Shown: piece after piece, positions 14,051-27,811 of the stretch
Layout: each line of letters begins with the position of its first letter
Position numbering within the stretch: the first letter of the stretch is position 1
Made by a program: the position numbers and the translations under genes
The notes under the pieces: generated by a model
Told to the model about the DNA's origin: nothing
What the model saw: the letters and a program-made list of their open reading frames with translations, nothing else
Databases searched by the model: none
Source of the DNA: Tubiluchus corallicola
Taxonomy: Eukaryota; Animalia; Priapulida
Length of the DNA: 64,000 nucleotides
Direction: 5' to 3'
Assembly (NCBI GenBank): GCA_030141605.1
Contig: JAQGDQ010000714.1
Coordinates: forward strand, 44,437 to 108,436

Positions 14051-14464
14051 GGCGGAGGAGCTGCACAAGGCAGCCAACGGCTAGAGGGCGGAGGAGGTCA
14101 AGTGATCCAACGGCCATGTGTAGAGGAGTAAACTTTCCAAATTAGGAGTGGAGCCCTGAAGGCGGGGACCAGTGCAGCATGCTCACTGACTCCGGCAGCT
14201 CCTGCAGCCAACCTGGTGCCAAACGTATCGCTCCGCTTTCCTTTGGACTACACCAGGGAGGAAGAGAGGGGGTTCCTGTTGTCTAGGCAACTCAGGATCT
14301 CCATACACCTTGCCCAGACGTGCGCCCTGGAGAGGCCACTCCAGTGGTTCAAGGATCGGACTGCTCAGCCACAGTCGACGCTGCAGCTCCATCAATGTGA
14401 TCAATGACTCTCTTGGCGCACACTCCATTGTCTTCCGAGACAGAAAGATGCCAACCAACCAACC
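14051..14464 (+). mobile_element. 5'-truncated copy of the 5S/RTE SINE (no 5S head)
   Basis: Body matches the reverse complement of 1506-1850; (CCAA)n tail; TSD AGATATT(G) at 14044-14051 and 14465-14472; 3' part encodes SRIGLLSHSRRCSS...GAHSIVFRDRKMP. Confidence 0.9.
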
Positions 14465-15199
14465 AGATATTGTAAAAGAACCAACCCAAAATGATCTTAT
14501 AGTTAATTGATTATACATTGATTACAAATATTGGATATATGTTTAGAATAAGTAAATCGTAATGCAAAATTGTCAGCTTGTTTAGTAAGAAATTTATTTA
14601 ATGTACATAGTGTAAAGACTTATTTAACATTTTTGCACTTTTGTGCCCTGCAAATAGAGGCTTCTTGTATAATTTTCAATAAAGATTTTTAATAATAATA
14701 ATAATTAATAATCAATCATTTATTCACCACTTTGATAGTATCTACACTTTAATCCCATGCTTGCTAATATCACAAATACAAACACTTCAGGTTTGCCACC
14801 TGACAGGCAATAATAATAAACCTCGGCTATGATTATTTATAATCAAACGCTGACTTTCATTATTATTATTTATTATTTATACTTTCATTACCCTGCTGTC
14901 AGTTAAAACGTTAATTTACTATAGCTGCTACTTACTGCATAACCTGTGATGCCTTTCATACGACCGCTGTGCGGGTTCAGCGACCTCTTCCGGCAAATAT
15001 TATGAACGAACAACACAGAAAGACCTTTAAGCTAAAAACACGCGAGCCATAAAACTGGCTTCCTGTTTCCTTAATTACAGGTAAGTTAACACCTATACGT
15101 AAAATTTGTAAATTAATGAGAGCCAGCACCACGGGTCTCTAATTAATAGCTAATATTAAATTACCCTGTATTATGACTTTGTGCATTCGCTGACGTTTT

Positions 15200-15662
15200 A
15201 AAAGTGGTCACGTGTACGTAAAAACTGAAGCGAAGCAATGCTAAAACCGGTCGATAAACAGATGGGTGAGCAGAGGTAAAAACTGCCTCTGTACTGTTAT
15301 ACTAGTTGACTATTTAGAAGTGGTCACGTGTACGTAAAAACTGAAGCAAAGCCATGCCAAAACTGGTCGGTAAACAGATGGGTGAGCAGAGGTAAAAACT
15401 GCCTCTGTACTGTTATACTAGTTGACTATTTAGAAGGGGTCACGTGTATGTAAAAGCTGAAGTGAAGCCATGCCAAAAACGGTCGATAAACAGAGGGTGA
15501 GCACAGGTAAAAACTGCCTCTGTACTGCTATACTAGTTGACTATTTAAAAGTGGTCACGTGTACGTAAAAACTGAAGCAAAGCCATGCCAAAACCGGTCG
15601 ATAAACAGATGGGTGAGCACAGGAAAAAACTGCCTCTGTACTGCTATACTAGTTGACTATTT
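15200..15662. repeat. About 116-bp tandem repeat x4
   Basis: Unit begins AAGTGGTCACGTGTACGTAAAAACTGAAGC and ends ACTAGTTGACTATTT. Confidence 0.92.
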
Positions 15663-15682
15663 ACCTAGTTGAGAGGGGATGA

Positions 15683-15980
15683 ATAAGTCATAAGTCATTT
15701 ATTTCACATTACACATTTACAATAGTTTCATGTACAATATCTAGTGAAAGGGCCTACAATGGATATAATACAAATAAGAAATACTGCACAGGAAAAGCCT
15801 CAAACACTGTTCACTTATACACGAAGGTAAATGTGTTGCGGGCAATCAAAAAGCAGGGCTTGTTAGATTGTCCCACACAGTGAGAGAAAAAAAAGTAATG
15901 AAAATAATCTGAAAATTTAAAGTGAATCGTGATAAAAAAACATTAGGGCTTAAAATGGAATGATGTAATGAATGAAGCTC
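15683..15980 (-). mobile_element. LINE/SINE 3' end, family C
   Basis: Reverse complement of 30390-30717; (GACTTAT)n tail. Confidence 0.75.
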
Positions 15981-16399
15981 ATATATGAGATGATATAAAA
16001 GATAGAAAGACTATTATTTTTTAACACTATGTAAAATTAAAATAACTTGATTAAGCATGTGAACGTGGCAGGAAACCTCTGCTGTTCAATCGGATGATGA
16101 TTTTTTGTGACACGTGGACTAACGAAATTATGGGGTCACTTCAGTGGGAGCTACCCTCTAACTCGGCCGCATCCGTCAAACAGGGCTTCTTATCTCAAAT
16201 AAAGGGATTCAAAAATGCGCCCTTTATCTCAAGTAAAAGGTCTCAACTTACAAAGGGAGAGAGATTTCCTCTTTGTAGCATGTCTACCCGTGTCACGTCA
16301 CCGATTAATGATGTCACTAATCCATAACTTACAGCATCTCATTTCTCTTCTTCAATTCATTACCCTCACTTCTCTTTTCCCCCACTTAAATTTGGGTAC

Positions 16400-19153
16400 A
16401 TATATGTGTATGTGTGTATCAATGTATATACAAGTAAGCAATGTGGTGCATTGTAATACAAGTAAGTGGTACATTGACATATAATCATTTAATTCATATT
16501 TGTAATTATTTAAAAAAAATTCATTCTTTAAGGCTCACTCAAAGTCGTAATTACATATTATGTTTTCCTTTCTCAACTTTCAGGTTTATTGCTCTTATAC
16601 CATTGCTATTATTACATCATTTACTTCATCTTTATTTACATTAAGTTATCTACAGAAGCATGCATAACTATAATCATTTTTTCATTTAAGTAAGGTGAGT
16701 GTGTTAAGGACCGTATGGTCGTACACTCACCTCGCACTACTCAAATTATTACATCATTTACTTCATCCTTATTTACATTAAGTTATCTACAGAAGCATGC
16801 ATAACTATAATCATTTTTTCATTTAAGTAAGGTGAGTGTGTTAATGACCGTATGGTCGTACACTCACCTCGCACTACTCAAATTATTACATCATTTACTT
16901 CATCCTTATTTACATTAAGTTATCTACAGAAGCATGCATAACTATAATCATTTTCTCATTTAAGTAAGGTGAGTGTGTTAATGACCGTATGGTCGTACAC
17001 TCACCTCGCACTACTCAAATTACTACATCATTTACTTCATCCTTATTTACATTAAGTTATCTACAGAAGCATGCATAACTATAATCATTTTTTCATTTAA
17101 GTAATGTGAGTGTGTTAATGACCGTATGGTCGTACACTCACCTCGCACTACTCAAATTATTACATCATTTACTTCATCCTTATTTACATTAAGTTATCTG
17201 CAGAAGCATGCATAATTATAATCATTTTTCTCATTTAAGTAAGGTGAGTGTGTTAATGACCGTATGGTCGTACACTCACCTCGCACTACTCAAATTACTA
17301 CATCATTTACTTCATCCTTATTTACATTAAGTTATCTACAGGAGCACGCATAACTATAATCATTTTTTCATTTAAGTAATGTGAGTGTGTTAATGACCGT
17401 GTGGTCGTACACTCACCTCGCACTACTCAAATTATTACATCATTTACTTCATCCTTATTTACATTAAATTATCTACAGAAGCATGCATAACTTTGATCAT
17501 TTTTTCATTTAAGTAAGGTGGGTGTGTTAATGACCGTATGGTCGTACACTCACCTCGCACTACTCGAATTATTACATCATTTACTTCATCCTTATTTACA
17601 TAAAGTTATTTACAGAAGCATGCATAACTATAATCATTTTCTCATTTAAGTAAGGTGAATGTGTTAATGACCGTATGGTCGTACACTCACCTCGCACTAC
17701 TCAAATTATTACATCATTTACTTCATCCTTATTTACATTAAGTTATCTACAGAAGCATGCATAACTATAATCATTTTTTCATTTAAGTAAGGTGAGTGTG
17801 TTAATGACCATATGATCGTACACTCACCTCGCACTACTCGAATTATTACATCATTTACTTCATCCTTATTTACATTAAGTTATCTACAGAAGCATGCATA
17901 ACTATAATCATTTTCTCATTTAAGTAAGGTGAATGTGTTAATGACCGTATGGTCGTACACTCACCTCGCACTACTCAAATTATTACATCATTTACTTCAT
18001 CCTTATTTACATTAAGTTATCTACAGAAGCATGCATAACTATAATCATTTTTTCATTTAAGTAAGGTGAGTGTGTTAATGACCGTATGATCGTACACTCA
18101 CCTCGCACTACTCAAATTACTACATCATTTACTTCATCCTTATTTACATTAAGTTATCTGCAGAAGCATGCATAATTATAATCATTTTTCTCATTTAAGT
18201 AAGGTGAGTGTGTTAATGACCGTATGGTCGTACACTCACCTCGCACTACTCAAATTACTACATCATTTACTTCATCCTTATTTACATTAAGTTATCTACA
18301 GGAGCATGCATAACTATAATCATTTTCTCATTTAAGTAAGGTGAATGTGTTAATGACCGTATGGTCGTACACTCACCTCGCACTACTCAAATTATTACAT
18401 CATTTACTTCATCCTTATTTACATTAAGTTATCTACAGAAGCATGCATAACTATGATCATTTTTTCATTTAAGTAAGCTCAGTGTGTTAATGACCATATG
18501 ATCGTACACTCACCTCGCACTACTCGAATTATTACATCATTTACTTCATCCTTATTTACATTAAGTTATCTACAGAAGCATGCATAACTGTAATCATTAT
18601 TTCATTTAAGTAAGGTGAATGTGTTAATGACCGTATGGTCGTACACTCACCTCGCACTACTCAAATTACTACATCATTTACTTCATCCTTATTTACATTA
18701 AGTTATCTACAGGAGCACGCATAACTATAATCATTTTTTCATTTAAGTAATGTGAGTGTGTTAATGACCGTATGGTCGTACACTCACCTCGCACTACTCA
18801 AATTATTACATCATTTACTTCATCCTTATTTACATTAAGTTATCTACAGAAGCATGCATAACTATAATCATTATTTCATTTAAGTAAGGTGAATGTGTTA
18901 ATGACCGTATGGTCGTACACTCACCTCGCACTACTCAAATTATTACATCATTTACTTCATCCTTATTTACATTAAGTTATCTACAGACGCATGCATAACT
19001 ATAATCATTTTTTCATTTAAGTAAGGTGAATGTGTTAATGACCGTGTGGTCGTACACTCACCTCGCACTACTCAAATTATTTTATTTAAAGTTTATTAAT
19101 GTGTTTCGTATTGTATTTTTTGATGTGTGAAATAAAATTCATAGTTCATAGTT
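16400..19153 (+). mobile_element. LINE 3' UTR remnant, family D, internally amplified into a satellite
   Basis: Ends in AATAAA and (CATAGTT)2; its flanks match the un-amplified inverted copy at 19795-20480. Confidence 0.75.
16611..19080 (+). repeat. 137-bp tandem repeat, about 18 copies, each with a bulged hairpin
   Basis: Period measured (16611, 16748, 17159); each unit contains AGGTGAGTGT-gttaat-GACC-gtat-GGTC-gt-ACACTCACCT. Confidence 0.97.
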
Positions 19154-19277
19154 CTGAATTGGTCATAATCGTTATAATAAACCACAATGGTGTCTAAATA
19201 CTCTGGCAATCACAGTCACAATCTAACTAATTAACGATATCGTTAGTTGCCAGTTAATTTGAGAAAAGTGTTGATAT

Positions 19278-19690
19278 TAGGGGTGAGCATCGAACGTTCG
19301 AATTCGAACTTAGTTCGAACGAGTTTTTTTTAGTTCGAACTCGATTCGAATCCAAAACTATAGATTCGAATAATTCAGCACTTCAATAACATATGTTCCT
19401 GATCATTAAAACGATTGAAACATCACGCAATTAGCATAATTTCGTAGTTATTCTGTGCACAACTTTAAGCAATTTACTAGTCGTTTTATTGCAGAACAAA
19501 ATCTAGTGACATGGCTGCTCTTTGTAAGACTCATTTTTACTGGCGGTTCGAAAACTTCTTCGAAAATCGTTCAATCTCAATTCGAATGCGGTTCGAATTC
19601 GAAACACCGAAGTTCGGTTCGATTCGAATTCGAAAGTCACAAATTCGGTTCGATTCGAATTCGCTTTCTGGTAGAGAATGCTCGCCCCTA
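19278..19690. mobile_element. Same hAT-type MITE, 8-bp TSD GTTGATAT
   Basis: TAGGGGTGAGCAT...ATGCTCGCCCCTA; TSD at 19270-19277 and 19691-19698; a further fragment at about 55786-55865. Confidence 0.9.
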
Positions 19691-19794
19691 GTTGATATCG
19701 TTAGTTGCCAGTTAATTTGAGAAAAGTGTTGACACCATAAACGTCTACCATTTTCACTATTGATGTCTTTCGTTTATTATGGTTCAAAGTTACT

Positions 19795-20480
19795 ACTATG
19801 AACTATGAACTATGAATTTTATTCCACACATCAAAATACATTATTATATACATAAATAAACAATAAATAAAATAATTTGAGTAGTGTGAGGTGAGTGTAC
19901 GACCATACGGTCATTAACACACTCACCTTACTTAAATGAAAAATTTAATAAAGTTATGCGTGCTTTTTTAGATGACTCAATGAAAAAGGAAACATTAGAA
20001 AAACATAATATGTAATTACGATTTTGATATGAATATAGAAACAATTTTGAAATAAAGTAAATGATGTAATAATAGTATGAAAACATAAGGACAACATAAT
20101 ATGGAATTACGATTTTGATATGAATATTGAAATAATTTTGAAATAAAGTAAATGATGTAATAATAGCAAGGAAACAAAAGAAAAACATAATATGGAATTA
20201 CGATTTAGATATGAATATTGAAATAATTTTGAAATAAAGTAAATGATGTAATAATAGCAAGGAAACACAAGAAAAACATAATATGGAATTACGATTTTGA
20301 TACGAATATTGAAATAATTTTGAAATAAAGCAAATGATATAATAATAGCAAGGAAACATAATATGTAAATACGATTTTGATATAGACTGCGATGAATGAA
20401 TAATTCATTTAAATTGATTTATACATTTTACTAATAAAGTAACATTAGTACAAGAAAAACATTAGTGCAAAAAGACACAC
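19795..20480 (-). mobile_element. Second family D copy, tail-to-tail with the first, with internal ~80-bp tandem repeats
   Basis: (ACTATGA)n, TTTATT and a single copy of the hairpin, then ~80-bp repeats at 20000-20380. Confidence 0.75.
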
Positions 20481-20989
20481 GTGCACAAAAAGAGAAAAAA
20501 AAGCTCTAGTTTTCTACGCCAATGAATATTTACTAAGTAAAAATATCTTGTATTGTTTGGTAGCTATTTGTAAAGAAGGAGAGGAAATGATTGTATTGGG
20601 TACACTATTCAATTGTATTGGGTACACTATACTAACCAAGCCATGTACCAACAATGCCTTTTTCTTGGACTGTACAAAGGCAAACTGATGATTAAAACAT
20701 GAACATTATTAGTTACTACACGGAGCTATACAAGCCTTCAAACAGCTTGCATGGGTTTAGATGCTTAAGTATGAACGGCAATAATAGCATACATTAAAAT
20801 GTCTGAAATGCTAATCGATCTAGGCTGGTAGAAGCGTCGGGTATAGGTAATCAATTTAGACCAAGCAGCGCGTTTCTCTCTGATTAAACCTGCGTTACCT
20901 TTCTAGATGTTAAACCATTGATTATTGCAATCAGCAGGTAAAGCAAGAACACCTGACACTCAGGTAAACCCATTTAAACCACGGTGCCA

Positions 20990-21832
20990 CGTACATTCGT
21001 AAGTATTAAGTACAGAACGTACATCTGTAACTGCTAGGTGCAGAACGAACATTTGTAAGTACTAAGTACAGAATGTACATTGTAAGTACTATCAGACGAA
21101 CAAAACACAAAACAAAACAGAACGAACATTTGTAAGTACTAGTCAAAACAAAAACAAACACAAAACAGTGAAACAAACACATTTGTAAGTACTAGGTGCA
21201 GAACGAACATTTGTAAGTACTAGGTGCAGAACGAACATTTGTAAGTACTAGGTACAGAACGAACATTTGTAAGTACTAGGTGCAGAACGAACATTTGTAA
21301 GTACTAGGTACAGAACGAACATTTGTAAGTACTAGGTGCAGAACGAACATTTGTAAGTACTAGGTGCAGAACGAACATTTGTAAGTACTAAGTACAGAAC
21401 GAACATTTGTAAGTACTAAGTACAGAACGTACATTTGTAAGTACTAGGTGCAGAACGAACATTTGTAAGTACTAAGTACAGAATGTACATTGGTAGGTAC
21501 TAAGTACAGAACGTACATTTGTAAGTACTAAGTACAGAACGAACATTTGTAAGTACTAAGTACAGAATGTACATTGGTAGGTATTAAGTACAGAACGTAC
21601 ATATGTAAGTACTAGGTGCAGAACGAACATTTGTAAGTAGTAAGTACAGAATGTACATTGGTAGGTATTAAGTACAGAACGTACATTTGTAAGTACTAAG
21701 TACAGAACGTGCATTTGTAAGTACTAAGTATGGAATGTACATTTGTAAGTACTAAGTACCAAAACGTACATTTGTAAGTGTTAAAAACAGAACGTACATT
21801 TGCAAGTACTAAGTACAGAACGTACATTTGCA
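20990..21832. repeat. 28-bp minisatellite
   Basis: Unit ACATTTGTAAGTACTAGGTGCAGAACGA. Confidence 0.95.
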
Positions 21833-22278
21833 AATGCACCAAATTCACCCGAATGTACCTTTTTCATGTAAATACAACTCTGCAAACTGTAAACTGGAAT
21901 CCAGAAACAACTGCGGCAACACTTGAACCTAGCTCATTACAAAGACGAATCCTCTAAGAAGAGATGCCAAACTAACAAAGACTTAGCTGCATTAAGATGC
22001 TTATGTAGCCTCATCCAATGAGAGAAACAGCTATAATCAGTACATGCCAAATAAACCATCCAGAAGCAGTCATCTATCCATCCACTTACCAGTCTTTGTG
22101 TTGCTTAACTTCAATACCTTAGTGTACAGAAGCTATTGCAGCATAATTGTAGGTCGAGCTGCAACTTCTATACCAGGCAACAAAACTTACTTTACGGATT
22201 ACTTCTAATATACAAAAATACAAGGTACACGAACTGCTTGTTAATTTATAAACCTGCAAAAGGTAAAAGGCAGCTTAC

Positions 22279-22302
22279 CTGCTGCAAGGGTATTCCGAAC
22301 AC
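22279..22302 (-). CDS. Candidate 24-nt microexon, phase-0 reading VFGIPLQQ (RhoGAP domain N-terminal motif-like)
   Basis: Long pyrimidine tract tttatttctttatttctttattttgcag, then GTGTTCGGAATACCCTTGCAGCAG, then donor gtaagc; frame-preserving. No partner exons were recognised. Confidence 0.4.
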
Positions 22303-22864
22303 CTGCAAAATAAAGAAATAAAGAAATAAATAATCATTCAAAGTAAGGATAAAACCAAGAATAATTGCATACTTATTAAAACCATAAATAACACTTAATC
22401 TCACTGTCGTTTTAGTGGGTTACATAAAGAATTCTTCCCGCTGGCTTCATAAGGTAAGTCCTTAATTTATTTTCTCTGTTATACTGAAAAGAAAATGTAA
22501 AAAAAAACTGAAAAGTTGTTTTAGATAAATATGTCCAAAAATCAATTAATTCGTAAATGGAACAAATCAAGTGACATCATCACAAACGTACAAAACGTGT
22601 TTTTAAAAAAATAAAGACAGGTGCATCTTTTGTATAATAATAGACATGCAGCTTGCACCATCTTGCAAATGCAACATAAAAACTCAGAGAAAGTAACGTC
22701 TCGTAAAAACAGAAAAAGAAAAAAATAACGAACACAAGGAAATGAAATTCGAACAAGATCACGAAAACAAAAGAGCATTTACATTGGGATCGGATGGTCC
22801 ATCGAGATACGCTTTCTCGTCTTGTGCAACTTCTATATTAACTCTATTATCTTTCTCCTCCTTT

Positions 22865-23325
22865 TGATCAGTCATGGTTTATTGTTGTTCTCAAAATAAT
22901 TTCACAATTCAGAATGATTTGATAAGAATGGATCGCAAAGAAACTCCCGATCAGTTATGGTTTATTGTTGTTCTCCAATAATTTCACAATTCACAAGATT
23001 TGATAAGAATGGATCGCAAAGAACAAGTCAAAGAAACTTCCGATCAGTCAAGGTTTATTGTTGTTCTCCAATAATTTCACAATTCAGAATGAATTGATAA
23101 GAATGGATCACAAAGAACAAGTCAAAGAAACTCCCGATCAGTCAAGGTTTATTGTTGTTCTCCAATAATTTCACAATTCAGAATGATTTGATAAGAATGG
23201 ATCACAAAGAACAAGTCAAAGAAACTCCCGATCAGTCAAGGTTTATTGTTGTTCTCAAATAATTTCACAATTCACAATGATTTGATAAAAATGGATCGCA
23301 AAGAACAAGTCAAAGAAACTCCCGA
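22865..23325. repeat. About 94-bp tandem repeat x5
   Basis: Unit CGATCAGTCAAGGTTTATTGTTGTTCTCC...GTCAAAGAAACTCC. Confidence 0.92.
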
Positions 23326-23691
23326 TACTGTATGCGTGTGATCCAAGAAAATCCTTTATAAAAGGCAATAGCACCTAGCATTAAGTTGTACTGAAAACTA
23401 GCAACAACTTAACATCACAAAATGTCTCAAAGCGAACACAGTAGTCAGCTCTTGGTACCGAGAATATGACAGTTTAATACGGTAAAAAAACGCATGTGAA
23501 AAAAGTGGAACATCGTCCAGCCAACATTCGTGAAGAAATCTGCGCAAACTGACGCTCGGCTCTCACAATTGGCTACCTGTTTAAAATCTAATTGTACTTC
23601 AGTTTTGCCAATTGCTACGTTGTGCAGTTGTAAAATTCGTCAATAACCACCAACTTGGGTGCCATTGAAACGAAATGAAACATGCTACTGC

Positions 23692-24030
23692 CAGCAAATG
23701 TAATGACAATGACAACCTTTACGTTGTACTACCAACTCCACCACCACATTGACAACTGAGAGTATGGCTTCCCAGCAAGTAAATGTAATTACAATGACTA
23801 CTTTTACGTTGTACTACCAACTCCACCACATTGACAACTGAGAGTATGGCTTCAAAGCTAGTAAATGTAATGACAATGACAACCTTTACGTTGTACTACC
23901 AACTCCACCACCACATTGACAACTGAGAGTATGGCTTCCCAGCTAGTAAATGTAATGACAATGACAACTTTTACGTTGTACTACTAACACCACCACATTG
24001 ACAACTGAGAGTATGGCTTCTCCAGCTAGA
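23692..24030. repeat. About 85-bp tandem repeat x4
   Basis: Unit AAATGTAATGACAATGACAACCTTTACGTTGTACTACC...GAGAGTATGGCTTC. Confidence 0.9.
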
Positions 24031-24857
24031 AGGTATTACTACATATATACAATAAGGAAAAGATAAACATTAACATAAGCATGTGTCTTTAGGGAGAGCT
24101 GGGATTACTCCTGCAGGCTTAACCACGTGCTGTTAAACTCCAGCAGATTGAAAGCATCCCGCGGAAGCACATGTGCGACCGAGATTTGGACAAATCCGTC
24201 GAAGTGTTTTAAGCTAATCACTTGGCGTTTTTCTCAAAGGCGAATAAGTTAAAGATGTCTTCAATCACTTCCGAACAGCCAAAGAAGATAAGAATGGCTT
24301 GAAAACGCAAATGATTAGAAGTCACCGATCGAGCAACTAGGAGACCGGCATAACCACGTCCTCCTGCTACACCCAATCGGTTCCATACACTCGTTGGAGA
24401 GGGCTCAGCGTCCGGATGAATCAGCCCCGCTGGTTGTTTCAGCAATGAAACATTCGTTTATTTGTTTACGTAGTTAAACATCGTTCATTCGTGTCTCAGC
24501 AGGAAAACAACCATCTGTGTGTTTACTACATCACGGAGAGCTTCCAGCTTCCAGCCACGGCGCTGCTATCAACACTGCAATTACACGGGAGCATCAGATT
24601 TAAACTTGAATCTCAGGTGATTTGAGACGAGGAAGATATCGGCTGAAATAGACCTCGTCAAATTCAAGCGTCTTTCTTTTTTTGTCCAACAGTTTGTCAG
24701 TTAGCAAGCCAGGATGCAGCACTCACTCAGTAGGGTGTAATACTAATGCTGAATGGTTATGGCAGTACTGGTACTGGACTTTCTCGTTTTATCAGGCCTA
24801 CGCAAATCACAATAACCAACACAGCATAGCACGTCAGAATTTTAACAAATCAGTTAA

Positions 24858-25225
24858 CCCTTACAGTCTCAAATTATTTTTTAATAAGAAAAAAATTTTT
24901 GGCTTGGTACTTTTGTTCAGTGTGTCCATCTTGTTTACACATAATAATTATTTTTTTCTACCTGTGAATGCGTGCTAAATATAGCCTGTATGCCACGGGA
25001 TACATTGGGATTCAATGGAAGCATAAAATGTGCTTCATTTTGCAACTGCTGATAATTTTTTAAAGTATTTAAGACATTTAGTATGCATGCTATGCTGATC
25101 TGTATGCATGCTATGCATGTAAAATAACTATTAACAGATCAAATAACTATCAGTTTTAAAATTTTATTAATTTTAAAGGTAGAAAATATTCTCGTATCCC
25201 ACGGGATACAACGGGTATGAAAGGG
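24858..25225. mobile_element. Same piggyBac-like MITE, inverted and internally deleted
   Basis: TTAA|CCCTTACA...TGAAAGGG|TTAA; reverse complement of 7065-7521. Confidence 0.88.
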
Positions 25226-25999
25226 TTAATAAAGCTGAAAGTGCAGAGCTACAGTTGGTTTAAGATAGAATGCTAAACCCACAGAAATGCCCTAACCACG
25301 TTTGTATATTATAACTGTATTACAGTGTGTTATATTGTATTATATGTTGTATGGACGCAAAAATAATGTCACAGAGCAAAGAGTTTTTAACCAAACTGTG
25401 TACATGTATAGCTTCAATAAACTAGCAGTATTTTAGTACTAACCTACTAAATTTTGCTAAGAAAGTCCAAATAACAAACATTTTATGCTTTATACTGTGA
25501 TCAAAGCCATAAAAATAAAAATAAACTAGGTATAAGGTATTACTTTGTAGTGACTATATGATGTGTTGATGATAGTTTAGTTTAAGCTTTATATATTTAT
25601 AGTGGATTTACAAAAACAGACTGCGCCTGATACAGTATCTCCATGGTTAATTTTATATTGTTAATCTGCTTATTTATTTTTCAGATTTTTAAGTTTTAAA
25701 AACCTATGTCTTTTACAGAAAAGGACGAAATTTGTGAAAATTGGTGTTCTGCAAGGATCAATTATGAGACCCTTTTTTTATTGCATGAAAATCATCTCAC
25801 AAAACTTGTCGGTTTACAAATTTCCATTGAACCATGCTGACCATTTGGGTAAAATAGGAATGATTTCACTTATTTTGTAATACGTGCAAGGTATCAGTCT
25901 ATGCGATAGTACTCAAAAAAAGAAAAAACTCAATAAAAAAGCACTCCTTGGGATTACTACAGTTTACAGGATGCATCGCAGGAAAACTTGTAGCGTCAT

Positions 26000-26602
<603 letters not shown>

Positions 26603-27442
26603 GGCGTCATATTACCATAGCAAAGTCAACCGAGTTCAAAAGCATTACCATGTTTGCATAATAGTTGCCATTTCTTGAATGATGGCTCTGTGCGGATGGC
26701 TTCGGGCTTACATCAGTAAATGGGTAATGTTTGTTTAAGCGAGTTTCACTTGCATGTAACATTTGTTGACAGAGTCCAACCCCAAACCACCTGTAATGGC
26801 TCGCTAAAATAAACCAAGCTTGCAGTGTTTATTAGCAAATTCGCACTGCTACCGTCCCACCTGCATTGGCACGAAGCCCAGCAGCCAGTGGCCATATTGC
26901 ACCGCCGCCCTTACAGAGACCCATGTGAATAAATATCATTAATGCATTCAATGGCTCGGCTCGAGGGGATTCTGGTGACGTATGTTCAGATGTGTAGCAG
27001 CTTCAACCCTGCCTTTCTAACCTGTTCCACAAAACGAAGCCCGATTCACAACAACGACGCGGCTAAATGCAAAAAGTGCTATCTTGCCGAGAGTCATGAA
27101 TAGTTGAAACGAGAGGATTAAGCAAGCGAACTGACTCTTCCACGTGAGGATTTAATGTTCACTCGATGACAGAGGCGGTTCTGCTGTTCATACTCGGCTG
27201 ATCCGCTTCATACAAACGCTGTCCAAGGTAAAAAAGATTCCTAGTCAAATTTGTGTGCAGAAAATTTACAACGTGCGCAATATTGGACTTTTGTAAAAAC
27301 TGAACTGATGACATGTTGTGATATCACATGTGTGATGTAAATTGTTACAATATGCCTACCATTAGTCTCATTTTTTGAAGTCCTTTGCAAAATAGCCAGA
27401 AAGGCAGATTAAAGGTGCTGCTCATTTTGCTAACAAGTAGTG

Positions 27443-27811
27443 CAGTGGTTCCCAAAGTAGGGGTAAATTACCCCCCGGGGTAATATGTTTTTTGGGGAGG
27501 GGGGTAACGGGCACCCTCTGAAAATTTTTAAAACTTCGCTCGGAATGCATTTTACGTAGTTTTCTTCTTGAAGAGACTGCCTCCGGCAGGCAACACTGTG
27601 TCATAATTGTAATTCTTGTTTTGGCAACAATACAACAACAACACCTGGAAATTTATTTATGTCACGAGCAAACATAAATAATTTTGCTTGCTTGCGGCAT
27701 ATACGTTTGTTTACTTTTTTGAGTTGGAGAAGTAGTACTAGGTGGGGGGGTAATGGACACGACCGGGTTTCCCGATTTGGGTAACGGTCCGAGAAAGTTT
27801 GGGAACCACTG
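27443..27811. mobile_element. hAT (Charlie-like) MITE, 8-bp TSD AAGTAGTG
   Basis: TIR CAGTGGTTCCCAAA at both ends; perfect TSD. Confidence 0.9.

Noticed and set aside
16611-19080. CRISPR-like or hammerhead retrozyme interpretation of the hairpin array
   Set aside because: Whole units repeat with no unique spacers; no CTGATGA...GAAA core; eukaryotic context.
24218-24445. 75-aa ORF in GC-richer unique sequence
   Set aside because: No family similarity or splice signals recognised; may be regulatory.
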